A DNA stretch of 36,416 nt, taken from contig NC_068982.1 of NCBI RefSeq assembly GCF_001194135.2, positions 14,587,241 through 14,623,656 of the forward strand. Direction: 5' to 3'. Position numbers and translations under genes: made by a program. Under the pieces are notes generated by a model. The model saw only the letters and a list, made by a program, of their open reading frames with translations. It made no database searches and was not told the origin of the DNA. This stretch comes from Octopus bimaculoides. Its lineage: Eukaryota. Shown here in pieces: positions 1 to 10,945 of the stretch (position 1 is its first letter; each line of letters starts with the position of its first letter).

Positions 1-356
1 TGTATCACCTGGTTCGTAATACGGGTGACTAGGCTATAGCCAATACTGCCAGATATTTTGAGCATCTCTGCAGTGATTCCTGATGGGCCGGGGGCTTTCC
101 CAGTCTTCATACTCTTAATTGCTTTATCTACCCTGGTACTATCAACTCGGATAGCTGGTCCCTCTATTGGGTCGACATAAGGCAGGCTCTCTTTCTCCCA
201 TTCATTCTCTTTATTAAGCAATCTATCGTAGTGGCATCTCCAGACCTCTTTCTTTGCATCCTCATTTAATGCAAGCGTACCATCATCCATGCGAACACAT
301 TTCTCTCCTACAACATCACTATTCTCTCTCCTACACTGTCTTGCAACACGAAATAT
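1..356 (-). mobile_element. LINE ORF2 fragment (RTE-like), linker region just upstream of the reverse transcriptase; runs off the window edge
   Basis: The minus frame is open (no ATG, so absent from the ORF track): IFRVARQCRRENSDVVGEKCVRMDDGTLALNEDAKKEVWRCHYDRLLNKENEWEKESLPYVDPIEGPAIRVDSTRVDKAIKSMKTGKAPGPSGITAEMLKISGSIGYSLVTRITNQVI. KAPGPSGITAEMLK matches the pre-RT KAPGPDG-type motif of APE-type LINEs. Confidence 0.88.
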
Positions 357-360
357 ATAT

Positions 361-500
361 ATATTATTCTGTAACAAGAATATCATTAACAGTGACTCTG
401 ACATTTTGGCCACTTTAGCCATCATTGGCCTGTCTGATGATAGCTTAGCTGGCCAAAACTTCGAAGTCACTGTCAAAACTACATTTGTTGAAGAATAATA
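361..500. mobile_element. Small palindromic MITE-like element (~140 bp)
   Basis: The left arm attattctgtaacaa...acagtgactctgacattttggcca is an imperfect reverse complement of the right arm tggccaaaacttcgaagtcactgt...ttgttgaagaataat. A related copy lies at ~12771-12862. Confidence 0.65.
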
Positions 501-653
501 GATTTGTTCCTCACTAAATGTATTGAATAATCCTTCGATTTAATGCAAAACTGTTTTTATTATAACACAAAAAGAAACATTGTGTGTGTGTGTGTGTGCA
601 CGCACGCGTGTGTATGTGTGTGTTTGTGTGTGTGTTCGTGTGCACGCGCGCAT

Positions 654-688
<35 letters not shown>

Positions 689-914
689 TGCACGTACATG
701 TGCTTATATATAAGCACTTAATATGAGAAAGTCTTTGAAGTTGCTGCTATTCATTAAGTTTCATTAATTATTGATGGTTCATATAACAACTTGGCTATTA
801 TCCAAATGTTTCTTTGAATGATATTTCATGTCTTATGTAATTCTCATACATTTAACATGAAGAAACCATTGGACAACAGAAGTTCTTTAACCCTTCAATA
901 TTCAGTTTATTCTA

Positions 915-1320
915 AGGCAGTGAGCTGGCAGAAACGTTAGCCCGCCGGGCGAAATGCTTAGTAGTATTTCTTCTGTCTTTACATTCTGAGTTCAAATTCT
1001 GCTGAGGTCGACTTTGCCTTTTATCCATTCAGGGTCAATAAATTAAGTTCCACTTGCATACTGGGGTCTCTCTAATCGACTGGCCCTCTCCCCCAAAATT
1101 TCGAAAGCGAGCTGGCAGAAACATTAGCACGCCGGACGAAATGCTTCACAGTATTTCACCTGTCTTTATGTTCTGAGTCCAAATTCTGCTGACGTCGACT
1201 TTGCCTTTCACCCGTTTGGGGTCGATAAATAAAGTAACAGTTGCATACTGGGATCAATCTAATCGACAGGCCCCAACTCCCCAAAAATTTCAGGCCTTAT
1301 GCCTAGAGTAGAAAATAGTA
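915..1320 (+). mobile_element. Two tandem copies of tRNA-derived SINE family A
   Basis: Head gagctggcagaaacgttagc...ctgagttcaaattc (B box) and core gtcgactttgcctttcat...ggggtcgataaa..aagta, repeated at 915-1102 and 1105-1320. Confidence 0.85.
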
Positions 1321-1422
1321 TTCAGTTTATTTTACCAAATGTGATTCTTATTTATTCACATTGTATTGAATTAGTCATGCATTTTCTCATGACTGTGAGA
1401 TTTCCATGATGTGGCTCTTTAC

Positions 1423-1599
1423 TTTGGGGAAGGGGATAGTCAATTACATCGATCCGCTGTGCTCAACTGGAACTTATTTTATCAATCGCGAAAGGATGAA
1501 AGGCAAAGTCAACCCTGGCGGAATTTGAACTGAGAACATAAGGATGGACAAAATGCCACTAAGCATTTTGCCCAGTATGCTAACGATTCTACCAGCTCC
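1423..1599 (-). mobile_element. SINE family A copy
   Basis: Reverse complement of the family A core and head (ggatgaaaggcaaagtcaacc...gaatttgaactgagaac...ctaccagctcc). Confidence 0.8.
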
Positions 1600-1834
1600 A
1601 ATATGACATGGTGGGGTAAATATAATAGACTGGATCTTGCTAGTTTTGAATACAAAAGAGGTCAAATATTTAGACTGGATATGGCGGATTTGAATGCTGA
1701 AGGGTTAAACTGCATTTTGTTGCAGCACATAGCTTGTAACTAATTTGGGTTTAGGGTTTATGGCACTTTTAATTGGGTGCTGAATAGATACCCTTTATCT
1801 TTTATGAATTTTGGTTTTGAGTCACTGATAATGT

Positions 1835-2086
1835 AGCACAACGCTTGTCATTCATCATGCAACATTGGAAGTGGCAAATATCACATGCAGTTAAAATAGA
1901 AGGACGACCTCGGCTATGTTTATTGCTTAGCCATCCAGTAGCTTTGTACTTCTGAATTACTTTGGCCACTGTGTTTACATTAATATGTATTCATTTGCCA
2001 ATTTACTTGTATCCTAAACCATTCTTGTACAAATTAAAAATAATTTTCTTCAAATCTTCAGACAATTCTTTTCCTTTTAGTGCCAT
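1835..2086 (-). mobile_element. Tc1-like transposase N-terminal (paired/HTH) remnant, pseudogenised
   Basis: MALKGKELSEDLKKIIFNLYKNGLGYK*, then after a frameshift NTVAKVIQKYKATGWLSNKHSRGRPSILTACD. This matches the Tc1 pattern KELS.DL....V......G.GY...STV..I..K....G......RSGRP. Confidence 0.75.
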
Positions 2087-2179
2087 TTTAATCACAATGA
2101 AGATTTTCACCACGGTACACAAATCAGAATTCCTGCAGATGTAATAACAATGACAGGTGAAAAAATGCCAGGAGAAATA

Positions 2180-2676
2180 ATTAATTAGAGCCAGAGCATC
2201 AATCAAAAGTTCTACGATGATATTTTGAAGCATTTGAGGGAAGACATTTGGCGAAAGCAACCGGATCTGTGGAGTGCAAAGAATTGGATTCATCACAACA
2301 ACAATGCACCCTGTCACCAAGCACTTTTCATTCGTGAGTTTCTCACCAAAAACAACATGGTATCACTTCTGCACCCATCTTATTCACTAGATTTAGCACC
2401 TGTAGACTTCCATCTCATTCCCAATATGAAAATGTAGCTCAAAGGTCACCGTTTTTACACTGTTGTCGAGAGCCAGAGAGAATTGCAGAAGGGCTTCGAC
2501 TCACTTACGGAAAACAACTTCCAAGCCGGATTCCCAAAAAAAGTGGCAGGAACACTGAGACTTCTGTATATTTGTGCAAGGGGAATATTTTGAAAGAGAT
2601 GATATTAAAGCTTAAGTAAATAAGTTAGTTTTTATTAAACATAACTAGTCCAAGAATCTTTTTGATACCATCTTAT
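2180..2676 (+). mobile_element. Mariner transposase C-terminal remnant with probable right end
   Basis: QSINQKFYDDILKHLREDIWRKQPDLWSAKNWIHHNNNAPCHQALFIREFLTKNNMVSLLHPSYSLDLAPVDFHLIPNMKM*LKGHRF. This contains a degraded HDNA motif and the YSPDLAPxD mariner motif, with in-frame stops. It ends in TIR-like gaatctttttgataccatcttata. Confidence 0.88.
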
Positions 2677-2747
2677 AATCCTTTCAAGTATTATACTGAT
2701 AACAAGGGTCTTATCAATATAATGCTTTGAAAGGATTACACTGGTGC

Positions 2748-2782
<35 letters not shown>

Positions 2783-3360
2783 TACACACACACACACATA
2801 TATGTAATTAAATCAAGGATATAAGACCCTGTTAAAGGGATGTCAGCATCCAAGTTCTATCAAGGATCAACCAACACATTGGAATGTAGCTTCTTTCTGT
2901 TAAATTCTTCTCCTGACAAAATGTTCAATTAGCTGTATTCAATAGGAAATTTTAATTTAACTTTTTAATTAGTTTAATTTCTCAAATTGAATTAATTGGG
3001 CATGGAAACAATTCAAACAAATCAATAAAATAAAGTACAAAAGCTCAGTTAATAACATATTTTCGCCCTTTTATCCAAGTATGTCAGCAATAAGAACAAC
3101 AGCAAACAAAGAATTATATACAAACATTACATTTTATTCTTTCAATTATATTTTCATTTTCTTTTATTTCTTTCATGTGAATATCTTCCTTTACAATCAC
3201 ATTGAAGCATATTTCACTTTTTCTATCAACTTCAGTTTAAAAAGAAATCACTTATGTTATGGATTATTCATTTGTACTAAATCATATATCAATGTCTCGT
3301 TTTACACAACCTGTTCAATGTTATGATATTTAGACGTATAGCAATATATAGATGTATGGA

Positions 3361-3529
3361 TCATCATCATCATCATCATCGTTTAACGTCCGCTTTCCAT
3401 GCTAGCATGGGTTGGACGATTTGACTGAGGACTGGTGAAACCGGATGGCAACACCAGGCTCCAATCTAATTTGGCAGAGTTTCTACAGCTGGATGCCCTT
3501 CCTAACGCCAACCACTCAGAGAGTGTAGT
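3361..3529 (-). mobile_element. RTE-type retroposon 3' end with (GAT)n tail (family D)
   Basis: (cat)n-cgtttaacgtccgctttccatgctagcatgggttgg...cactcagagagtgtagt; identical by eye to 36222-36370. Confidence 0.85.
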
Positions 3530-3674
3530 ACTGGATATATATATATATATATATGTATATATATGTATGTGTGTATATATATATACATACATATACATAT
3601 ATACACACGCACACATATATATATACATACATACATGCATACTTACACATGCACACACACACACACATGTATGT

Positions 3675-3709
<35 letters not shown>

Positions 3710-3926
3710 TATACACAAGCATAAACATAAATATGTTTTTGTTTTTTGCTTTGTTTGTTTTTGTTCTTTGCTTTATTCCATCACTCTACTGATTTCTCAC
3801 TCTCTCACTTGCATTCCACACATGACCACCACATACTAAGTTAGCAGAGAGAATATAAAGCTAAAGATCACATTTAATGAGTAACCAAGAGTAGTTACAC
3901 TGAATCTTTTACATATATGCACACAC

Positions 3927-3980
<54 letters not shown>

Positions 3981-3981
3981 G

Positions 3982-4023
<42 letters not shown>

Positions 4024-5206
4024 AATAGATACATGCACTCACACATATATAATAGGAATATTCAGCAATTGTCTGATATCATGATTCGCTAGAATATTGC
4101 CCATGTGATCAACAAAATCTGACCAATCAAATCATGTCTGTGTGTCAAATAGGCTCCAGCAATGATCTCATCTTTTGACATGCTTCCTTCTGAACCTATC
4201 GACCAGTATAAATTCGTCACACTGTGAGACAACTAGACAGAGAGCTTTGGGATGCAGCAAAGAGAGCACTGACAGATGATGTAGAAGTTGACCAAAAGAG
4301 ACGGTGGACAGCGGCTGACAACACAAAGGCAATAAACAATCAGAGGATGGACAACATTAGAAGTCAGGAGGCAGCAAGCAACTAACCGTACTTTATTTGC
4401 TACAAGTACACCGAGAACAAAAACTCTCTTGACATTTGTTTTTGTGTACAAAAAGAATGAATTGTCAATTATCAAAATCTCAACAGACTCCAGTGTTTCT
4501 TTCTGTACACATACACATATTTATATATAACATGCACACACACACACATATAGACACACACATACATACACACATTTTTATTCAGGTTTATAAGTAAGTA
4601 AACAGGTTGGTTGGTTGGTTGGTATATAAAAAACAGCAATGAGTTTTTAATATAAACAATACATACATAACAAATAATTCAAAGTTAGAAAATAAATATA
4701 CCCATGAGAATACGTAAATAATTATTGTATATGTCTTACTTGTTCTGCAATTAGCAATACCATTTGCAACACAATGAGTTTATGATTTATATTTCCAATT
4801 AATTTTTCATAACCTCAAATTGTTAGCATCGAAAGATATTGCTTAAATATAAATCTTAGCTATGTTTAAATTATCCAGTTAATTTTCATCTATTCATCGA
4901 AATGAAAAGTAATGTTCTGCTCTGTTAAATGTTTGTTGAATTGCATCCTAAGATATTTGTAGTTGAAAATTAAATTCCTGTAGTTTAAGACATGGGATAA
5001 ATTCCACTGAAAGCATCACTGTGGTATGAAGATAACAGATCCAACTAAAAAGGGTAAACATTTGTACAAGATTTGTGAGAGAAAATTTATAAAACCTGTC
5101 AGGTGTAAGCAATGACATGCTAATTTTTCTATTGCAAATTGTGTATTTCAAATGCATTGTTTGTGTGTATGTATGTATGTGTGTACATGTGTATGTGTGT
5201 GTGCGA

Positions 5207-5798
5207 AATCGAAATCGAACCAAATTCGACGACTGGCACCCATGCCAACCTCTCCTTCATTGGACACTAAACTCTGCTTGCGAAGCCCTGTTGGGGCAAG
5301 TGAAATCGAAATCATAATTGAACCATATTCGATGACTGGTACCTGTGCCAGTGGAGCACTAACAACACTGCCTGAGCATGCTCATTGCTAGAGCAGCTGT
5401 CTGGCTTCCATGCTAGTGGCACGTAAATAGCACCATTTGAGTGTGATCCTTACCAGCGTCGCCTTACTGGCACTTGTGCAGGTGGTACATTAGAAAATCA
5501 TTCGAGCGAGATCTTGCCAGTGCCGCTGGACTGGCTCCTGTGCAGGTAGCACATAAAAAAACACCATTTTGAGCATGGCCATTGCCAGTACCACGTAACT
5601 GGCCCTCATGCCGGTGGCATGTAAAAGCACCCACTACACTCTCGGTGTGGTTGGCGTTAGGAAGGGCATCCAGCTGTAGAAACTCTGCCAGATCAGATTG
5701 GAGTCTGGTGCAGCCATCTGGTCCACCAGTCCTCAGTCAAATCGTCCAACCCATGCTAGCATGGAAAGCAGACGTTAAACGATTATGATGATGATGAT
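5207..5798 (+). mobile_element. Family D (RTE-type) 3' region, long copy
   Basis: ~65-bp internal subrepeats, then cactacactctc...gaagggcatccagctgtagaaactc...ccatgctagcatggaaagcagacgttaaacg and a (GAT)n tail. Confidence 0.85.
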
Positions 5799-6257
5799 GG
5801 TAGGTAGACAGACAGACAGACAGAGAAAGAAAGAGAGAGAATTAAGACAAAACATAAATAATACTGTAATAAACAAATTTTGAAGAAATATACTTCTCGA
5901 TGCTTCTTTATGATGTCTTAGTTATATACTTTGTATGTTGTATGAAATTCATTGAAGAGAACTCAGGGTTTATCTATTGAATGAAGTACCATGTAATTGT
6001 TTATCTTGAACAATTCTGTATGTTTCTGTATGTTTCCTATCATTCAATGTGGTTAGCCAGGTCTGGGTTGTATTAGAGTGCTAATATGGTACCTGCCCAG
6101 ATTCCAAATCCCTATTCCTTTATTTCATGCGTGTGTGTGTGTGTTTATATATATTACCATGGAATATCCTGTAGTAGATGACACCGGAAGGTTCCACAAC
6201 TTCCTTATCTCCATTTTCTTTTCTTCTTACAACTGGATATATATATATATATATATA

Positions 6258-6599
6258 NNNNNNNNNNNNNNNNNNNNNNNNNNNNNNNNNNNNNNNNNNN
6301 NNNNNNNNNNNNNNNNNNNNNNNNNNNNNNNNNNNNNNNNNNNNNNNNNNNNNNNNNNNNNNNNNNNNNNNNNNNNNNNNNNNNNNNNNNNNNNNNNNNN
6401 NNNNNNNNNNNNNNNNNNNNNNNNNNNNNNNNNNNNNNNNNNNNNNNNNNNNNNNNNNNNNNNNNNNNNNNNNNNNNNNNNNNNNNNNNNNNNNNNNNNN
6501 NNNNNNNNNNNNNNNNNNNNNNNNNNNNNNNNNNNNNNNNNNNNNNNNNNNNNNNNNNNNNNNNNNNNNNNNNNNNNNNNNNNNNNNNNNNNNNNNNNN
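6258..6599. other. Assembly gap (N run) flanked by (TA)n; further gaps at 7244-7388, 9600-9946, 14266-14275, 14469-14839 and 29466-30174
   Basis: N characters in the sequence; most gaps abut (TA)n microsatellites. Confidence 0.99.
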
Positions 6600-6871
6600 A
6601 TATATAAAGTATGGGGGTTTAGTTCACAGGTGATCCAAACAATTAGGTACACTAGGTAAGTGTTGTAACAGATTATTGATATATACCATTGTCATTTTAC
6701 ACATTTTTTTCACAATTTGTCTCTGATGATGTAATATCCAATACTCCAGGATATCCCAGAAACAACTGTAAGATTTTGAATTTCTTCCTGTTATAATATT
6801 GTATATGACTTGAAATGTTTGCCTCGCCTAATTGTTTGACGTCCTGTTTAACTATTATATATATATATGTT

Positions 6872-7213
6872 GAGGCAAGTGAAATCAAAATCAAAATCAC
6901 TGATATGGCTGATGACAGTATTGCCTGATTGGCACTCATGCCAGTGGAATGTTAAAAACCCCATCTGAGCATGATTGTTGCCAGGGCATGACCATTGCCA
7001 GAACCGCCTGACAGGCCCTCGTGCTGGTGGCACATGAAAGCACCCACTACACTCTCAGAGTGGTTGGCATTAGGAAGGGCATCCAGTTGTAGAAACTTTG
7101 CCAAATCAGATTGGAGCCTGGTACAGCCTTCTGGCTCACCAGTCCTCAGTCAAACCATCCAACCCATGCCAGCATGGAAAGCGGACGTTAAATGATGACG
7201 ATGATGATGATGA
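6872..7213 (+). mobile_element. Family D (RTE-type) 3' region
   Basis: Same terminal sequence ...ccatgccagcatggaaagcggacgttaaatgatgacgatgat. Confidence 0.85.
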
Positions 7214-7398
7214 TAGATACATGCATATATATATATATATATANNNNNNNNNNNNNNNNNNNNNNNNNNNNNNNNNNNNNNNNNNNNNNNNNNNNNNNNN
7301 NNNNNNNNNNNNNNNNNNNNNNNNNNNNNNNNNNNNNNNNNNNNNNNNNNNNNNNNNNNNNNNNNNNNNNNNNNNNNNNNNNNNNNNNATATATTTAT

Positions 7399-7449
<51 letters not shown>

Positions 7450-9946
7450 ATGGACTCTTCCATTGAAGATGACATATGAGCAATCAGCCTTTGCCAGATG
7501 ACCTGCACAAATGATTTGCTTATAGTGATCAAAATATTTGTGCCGCGCATTAGCTCACTCTCTCTATCAAATTGACATAGCCTGAACAAGTGCACAGTCT
7601 GCCACATGTCAGGTGTCGAAGTGATCACAGAGCAAAGTGAGACAAAGTGTTCTGCTCAAGAACACAACACATCACCTGGTCTAAGAATTGAATGATAATT
7701 GTTGAGAATTTCATAAGGGCAACAGTGTAACAGCCAGCAAAGGAAAAGAAATGTGCTGTATACTCTGACGGTGTGAGCATTTGGAAATATCCAAGGTGGC
7801 TTAACAAATGCAATAACAGTGTTTTCTATCTTTTGGTTTGGTATCAGTCAGGAAGACCAACTTTTCTCAATAATGACATAGCAAAAACAGTAATTGGAGT
7901 TTCACAATTCTAGTTTTGCATTTTACTGTCTTAGTCATAATCTGCTCCATTACTTCCTGACAATCTCTGAAGAGGGAATTTTTATATTCCAAAATATTAG
8001 ACTGTAAATAATTAAATTATTTCTAACAGTTATCATAGTCCACTCTGCATTGTTGTACCATTCCATACATGTTACATTTCACAGTAATTGTATGTATGTA
8101 TATATGAAGCTGCCATTTGAGTAAGATGTAAGCATGAAAACTATATTATATATCAAACTCCACACTATATATATTCAATACTTTTTACTAGTTTATTACA
8201 GACAATGTGAACTTATATTATTGAAGCCAAAACTTCTTTAAAAGTCACAGCACAATCGTTTTCACATTTCCTATCACAAGGTACATGATGTTTGGGCTTG
8301 TGAAAGTCCAACAAGTAAGCAACTTGCAAAACATATTGTAACCCTGAATGAAATGTTTCCCTTCTACTGTAAAGAATTGAGCTCTTTTCTTGTATAATCA
8401 CAGACACATTGCCATGTTACCCTTTGTCAAGTGTATATGTAAACACACACACAAACACACACACAGAAATAATACTAGTTTCAAATTTTGGCACAAGACC
8501 AGCAATTTCAGGAGAGGGGCTAAATTGATTACATCAACCCCAGTATTCAACTGGTATTTATTTTATCAACCCCAAAAGGAAAAATTGCAAAGTCAGCCTC
8601 AGTGGAAATTGAACACACATATGAATGATAATATAATGATATTCTATCGTACAGCAAGAACAGATATGACCAAGATGCAAAGCAGGACAAACTCAAATAT
8701 TTATTTTGGTGTATGATAGTTCTGAAGTTCTCTTTGATAAAGGTTAAGTTTGCCTTTCATTTCCCTCCAACATCAATAAAATAGAATATATCAGTGATAT
8801 TGCAGGGTTAACTCAATCGACTGCATTCTTCATTTCAAAAGACAGTCGTTGTGCCTAGTCAAAAGATATCAATGTTAGAATTTCGTATCATGTTGATTCA
8901 GCATTAAATGGAGAGCAGAGTATTAATATTGATTATTACTTGTGAATATTTCTGTCTTCAGGATTAAATTGTAATACATAAAAAAAAAAAAAATTACAGA
9001 AATATTGTTAAAAAAAAAAAAAAGAAAGAAAAAGAAAATTAATCAGATATAGAAAGTTTCATGTCTGATAAATTTATTGCTTTAGTCGATATGGTGTCTT
9101 AAACAATCAGTCATATCGACTAAAGATTTAAGCTGTCTGAAATGAAAACTTAATCAACCAATAACCAGCTTGGAACAATATTTCTTTATCAAGTCAACAT
9201 GTCAGAATTTATGATCTCCTGATCAACAATTAGGTTTAGATATTCCATCTGAAAAACTTTGGGAAACTTAATAAATTAACATGTTTGGAAAAGAAAATAT
9301 AACAGGAAAAGTATTATTTGCATTTACCATCAAGAAAAAAAATGTTTCTTATTCAAAATAATCAGAGAGTTTCTGAAGTTACTTGATCTACCAAGTGAAA
9401 CAGTCAGAAATCTCCCAAGAAGTTCCCTCAGCCTCTTTTATCTGTAGATCAAGTACCTCTAGCCAGCAGACCCTGAATCATTTGATACCAAGCAGCACAG
9501 AAAGAATACATTTTAAAATTTTATTTCTATTTTATTGACAATTGCAGTCTGTGGGATGTTTTTGTGTTGTATATGCTATATATATATATATATATATATN
9601 NNNNNNNNNNNNNNNNNNNNNNNNNNNNNNNNNNNNNNNNNNNNNNNNNNNNNNNNNNNNNNNNNNNNNNNNNNNNNNNNNNNNNNNNNNNNNNNNNNNN
9701 NNNNNNNNNNNNNNNNNNNNNNNNNNNNNNNNNNNNNNNNNNNNNNNNNNNNNNNNNNNNNNNNNNNNNNNNNNNNNNNNNNNNNNNNNNNNNNNNNNNN
9801 NNNNNNNNNNNNNNNNNNNNNNNNNNNNNNNNNNNNNNNNNNNNNNNNNNNNNNNNNNNNNNNNNNNNNNNNNNNNNNNNNNNNNNNNNNNNNNNNNNNN
9901 NNNNNNNNNNNNNNNNNNNNNNNNNNNNNNNNNNNNNNNNNNNNNN

Positions 9947-9974
<28 letters not shown>

Positions 9975-9977
<3 letters not shown>

Positions 9978-10180
9978 TTGTGTGTCTGTGTTTATCCCCT
10001 CACTATTACTTGATAACCAACGTTGGTGTGTTTACATCCCCATAACTTAGCAGTTCAGCAAAAGAGATCGATAGCATAAGTACTGGGCTTACAAAGAATA
10101 AGCCCTAGGGTCGATTTCCTCTGCTGAAGGCAGTGCTCCAGCATAGCCACAGTCAAATGACTGAAACAAGTAAAAGGATA
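9975..10180 (+). mobile_element. SINE family B, 3' half
   Basis: gtgtctgtgtttatcccc...ataacttagcagttcagcaaaagag...cacagtcaaatgactgaaacaagtaaaag. Confidence 0.8.
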
Positions 10181-10186
10181 TCATAT

Positions 10187-10495
10187 CTGCAGGCTAAGTG
10201 GTTAGGTTATTTGGCTCACAATCATAAGGTTGGGAGTTCAATTCACAGTAGCACATTGTGTCCTTGAGCAAGACACTTTACTTCACATTGCTCCAGTCTA
10301 CTCAAATGGCAAAAATGAGTCGTACCTGGATATTTCAAAGGATCACCTTTGGCATATTCTGTATCATGCTCAGTCTCCCTGAAGACTACACTAAAGGTAT
10401 GTGTGTCTGTGGGGTGCTCAGCCCTTTGCACTTTAATTTCACAAGCAGGCTGTTCTGTTGATCAGATCAACTGGAACCCTTGCCATCATAACCTA
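10187..10495 (+). mobile_element. tRNA-headed CORE-like SINE family C
   Basis: A box ctaagtggttag, B box gagttcaattc, central ccttgagcaagacactttacttcacattgctccag, and tail ctgttctgttgatcagatcaactggaaccc. Confidence 0.8.
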
Positions 10496-10519
10496 CAGAC
10501 TGCCAGTCAAATTGCAAAT

Positions 10520-10945
10520 GTAATAATATGTATCATCATCGTCATCATCCTTCAACATCCGTTGTCCATGCTGGCATAGGATGGATGGTGTGACCAGAGC
10601 TGGCAAGCTGGTGGGGAGGAATGGCTGCACCAGACTCCTATCTGATCTGGCATGGTTTCTACAGCTGGATGCCCTTCCTAACGCCAACCACTCCAAGAGT
10701 GTAGTGGGTCCTTTTACGTGCCAAAGGCACGAAGGCCAGTCAGGCGGTACTGGCAATGGCCACGCTCAAAATGGTGCATTTTACGTGCCACCTGCACAGG
10801 GGCCAGTCCAGCGGCACTGGCAACAATCTCGCTCGAATGTCTTTACACGTGTCACCGGCACAAGTGCCAAGAAGACGGCGCTGGGCACAGGTACCATCAC
10901 GATTTCGCTTTCGCTTGCCCCAACAGGTCTTCGCAAGCTGAGTTT
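10520..10945 (-). mobile_element. Family D (RTE-type) 3' region
   Basis: (cat)n...ccatgctggcatagg...ctacagctggatgcccttcctaacgccaaccactcc, followed by the subrepeats. Confidence 0.85.

Noticed and set aside
2854-2908. Possible minus-strand terminal exon after ttttgtcag (EEFNRKKLHSNVLVDP*)
   Set aside because: Very short, weak pyrimidine tract, no partner exon, no recognisable homology.
6636-6661. Possible plus-strand micro-exon ...cacag|GTGATC...ACTAG|gtaagt
   Set aside because: Good donor but only ~26 nt, next to an N gap, and no other plus-strand exons were found.
6723-6765. CTGATGA...GAAA resembling a second hammerhead
   Set aside because: No stem II adjacent to the core and no stem I or III pairing. 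The CTGAAGA...GAAA at ~15553 fails for the same reason.
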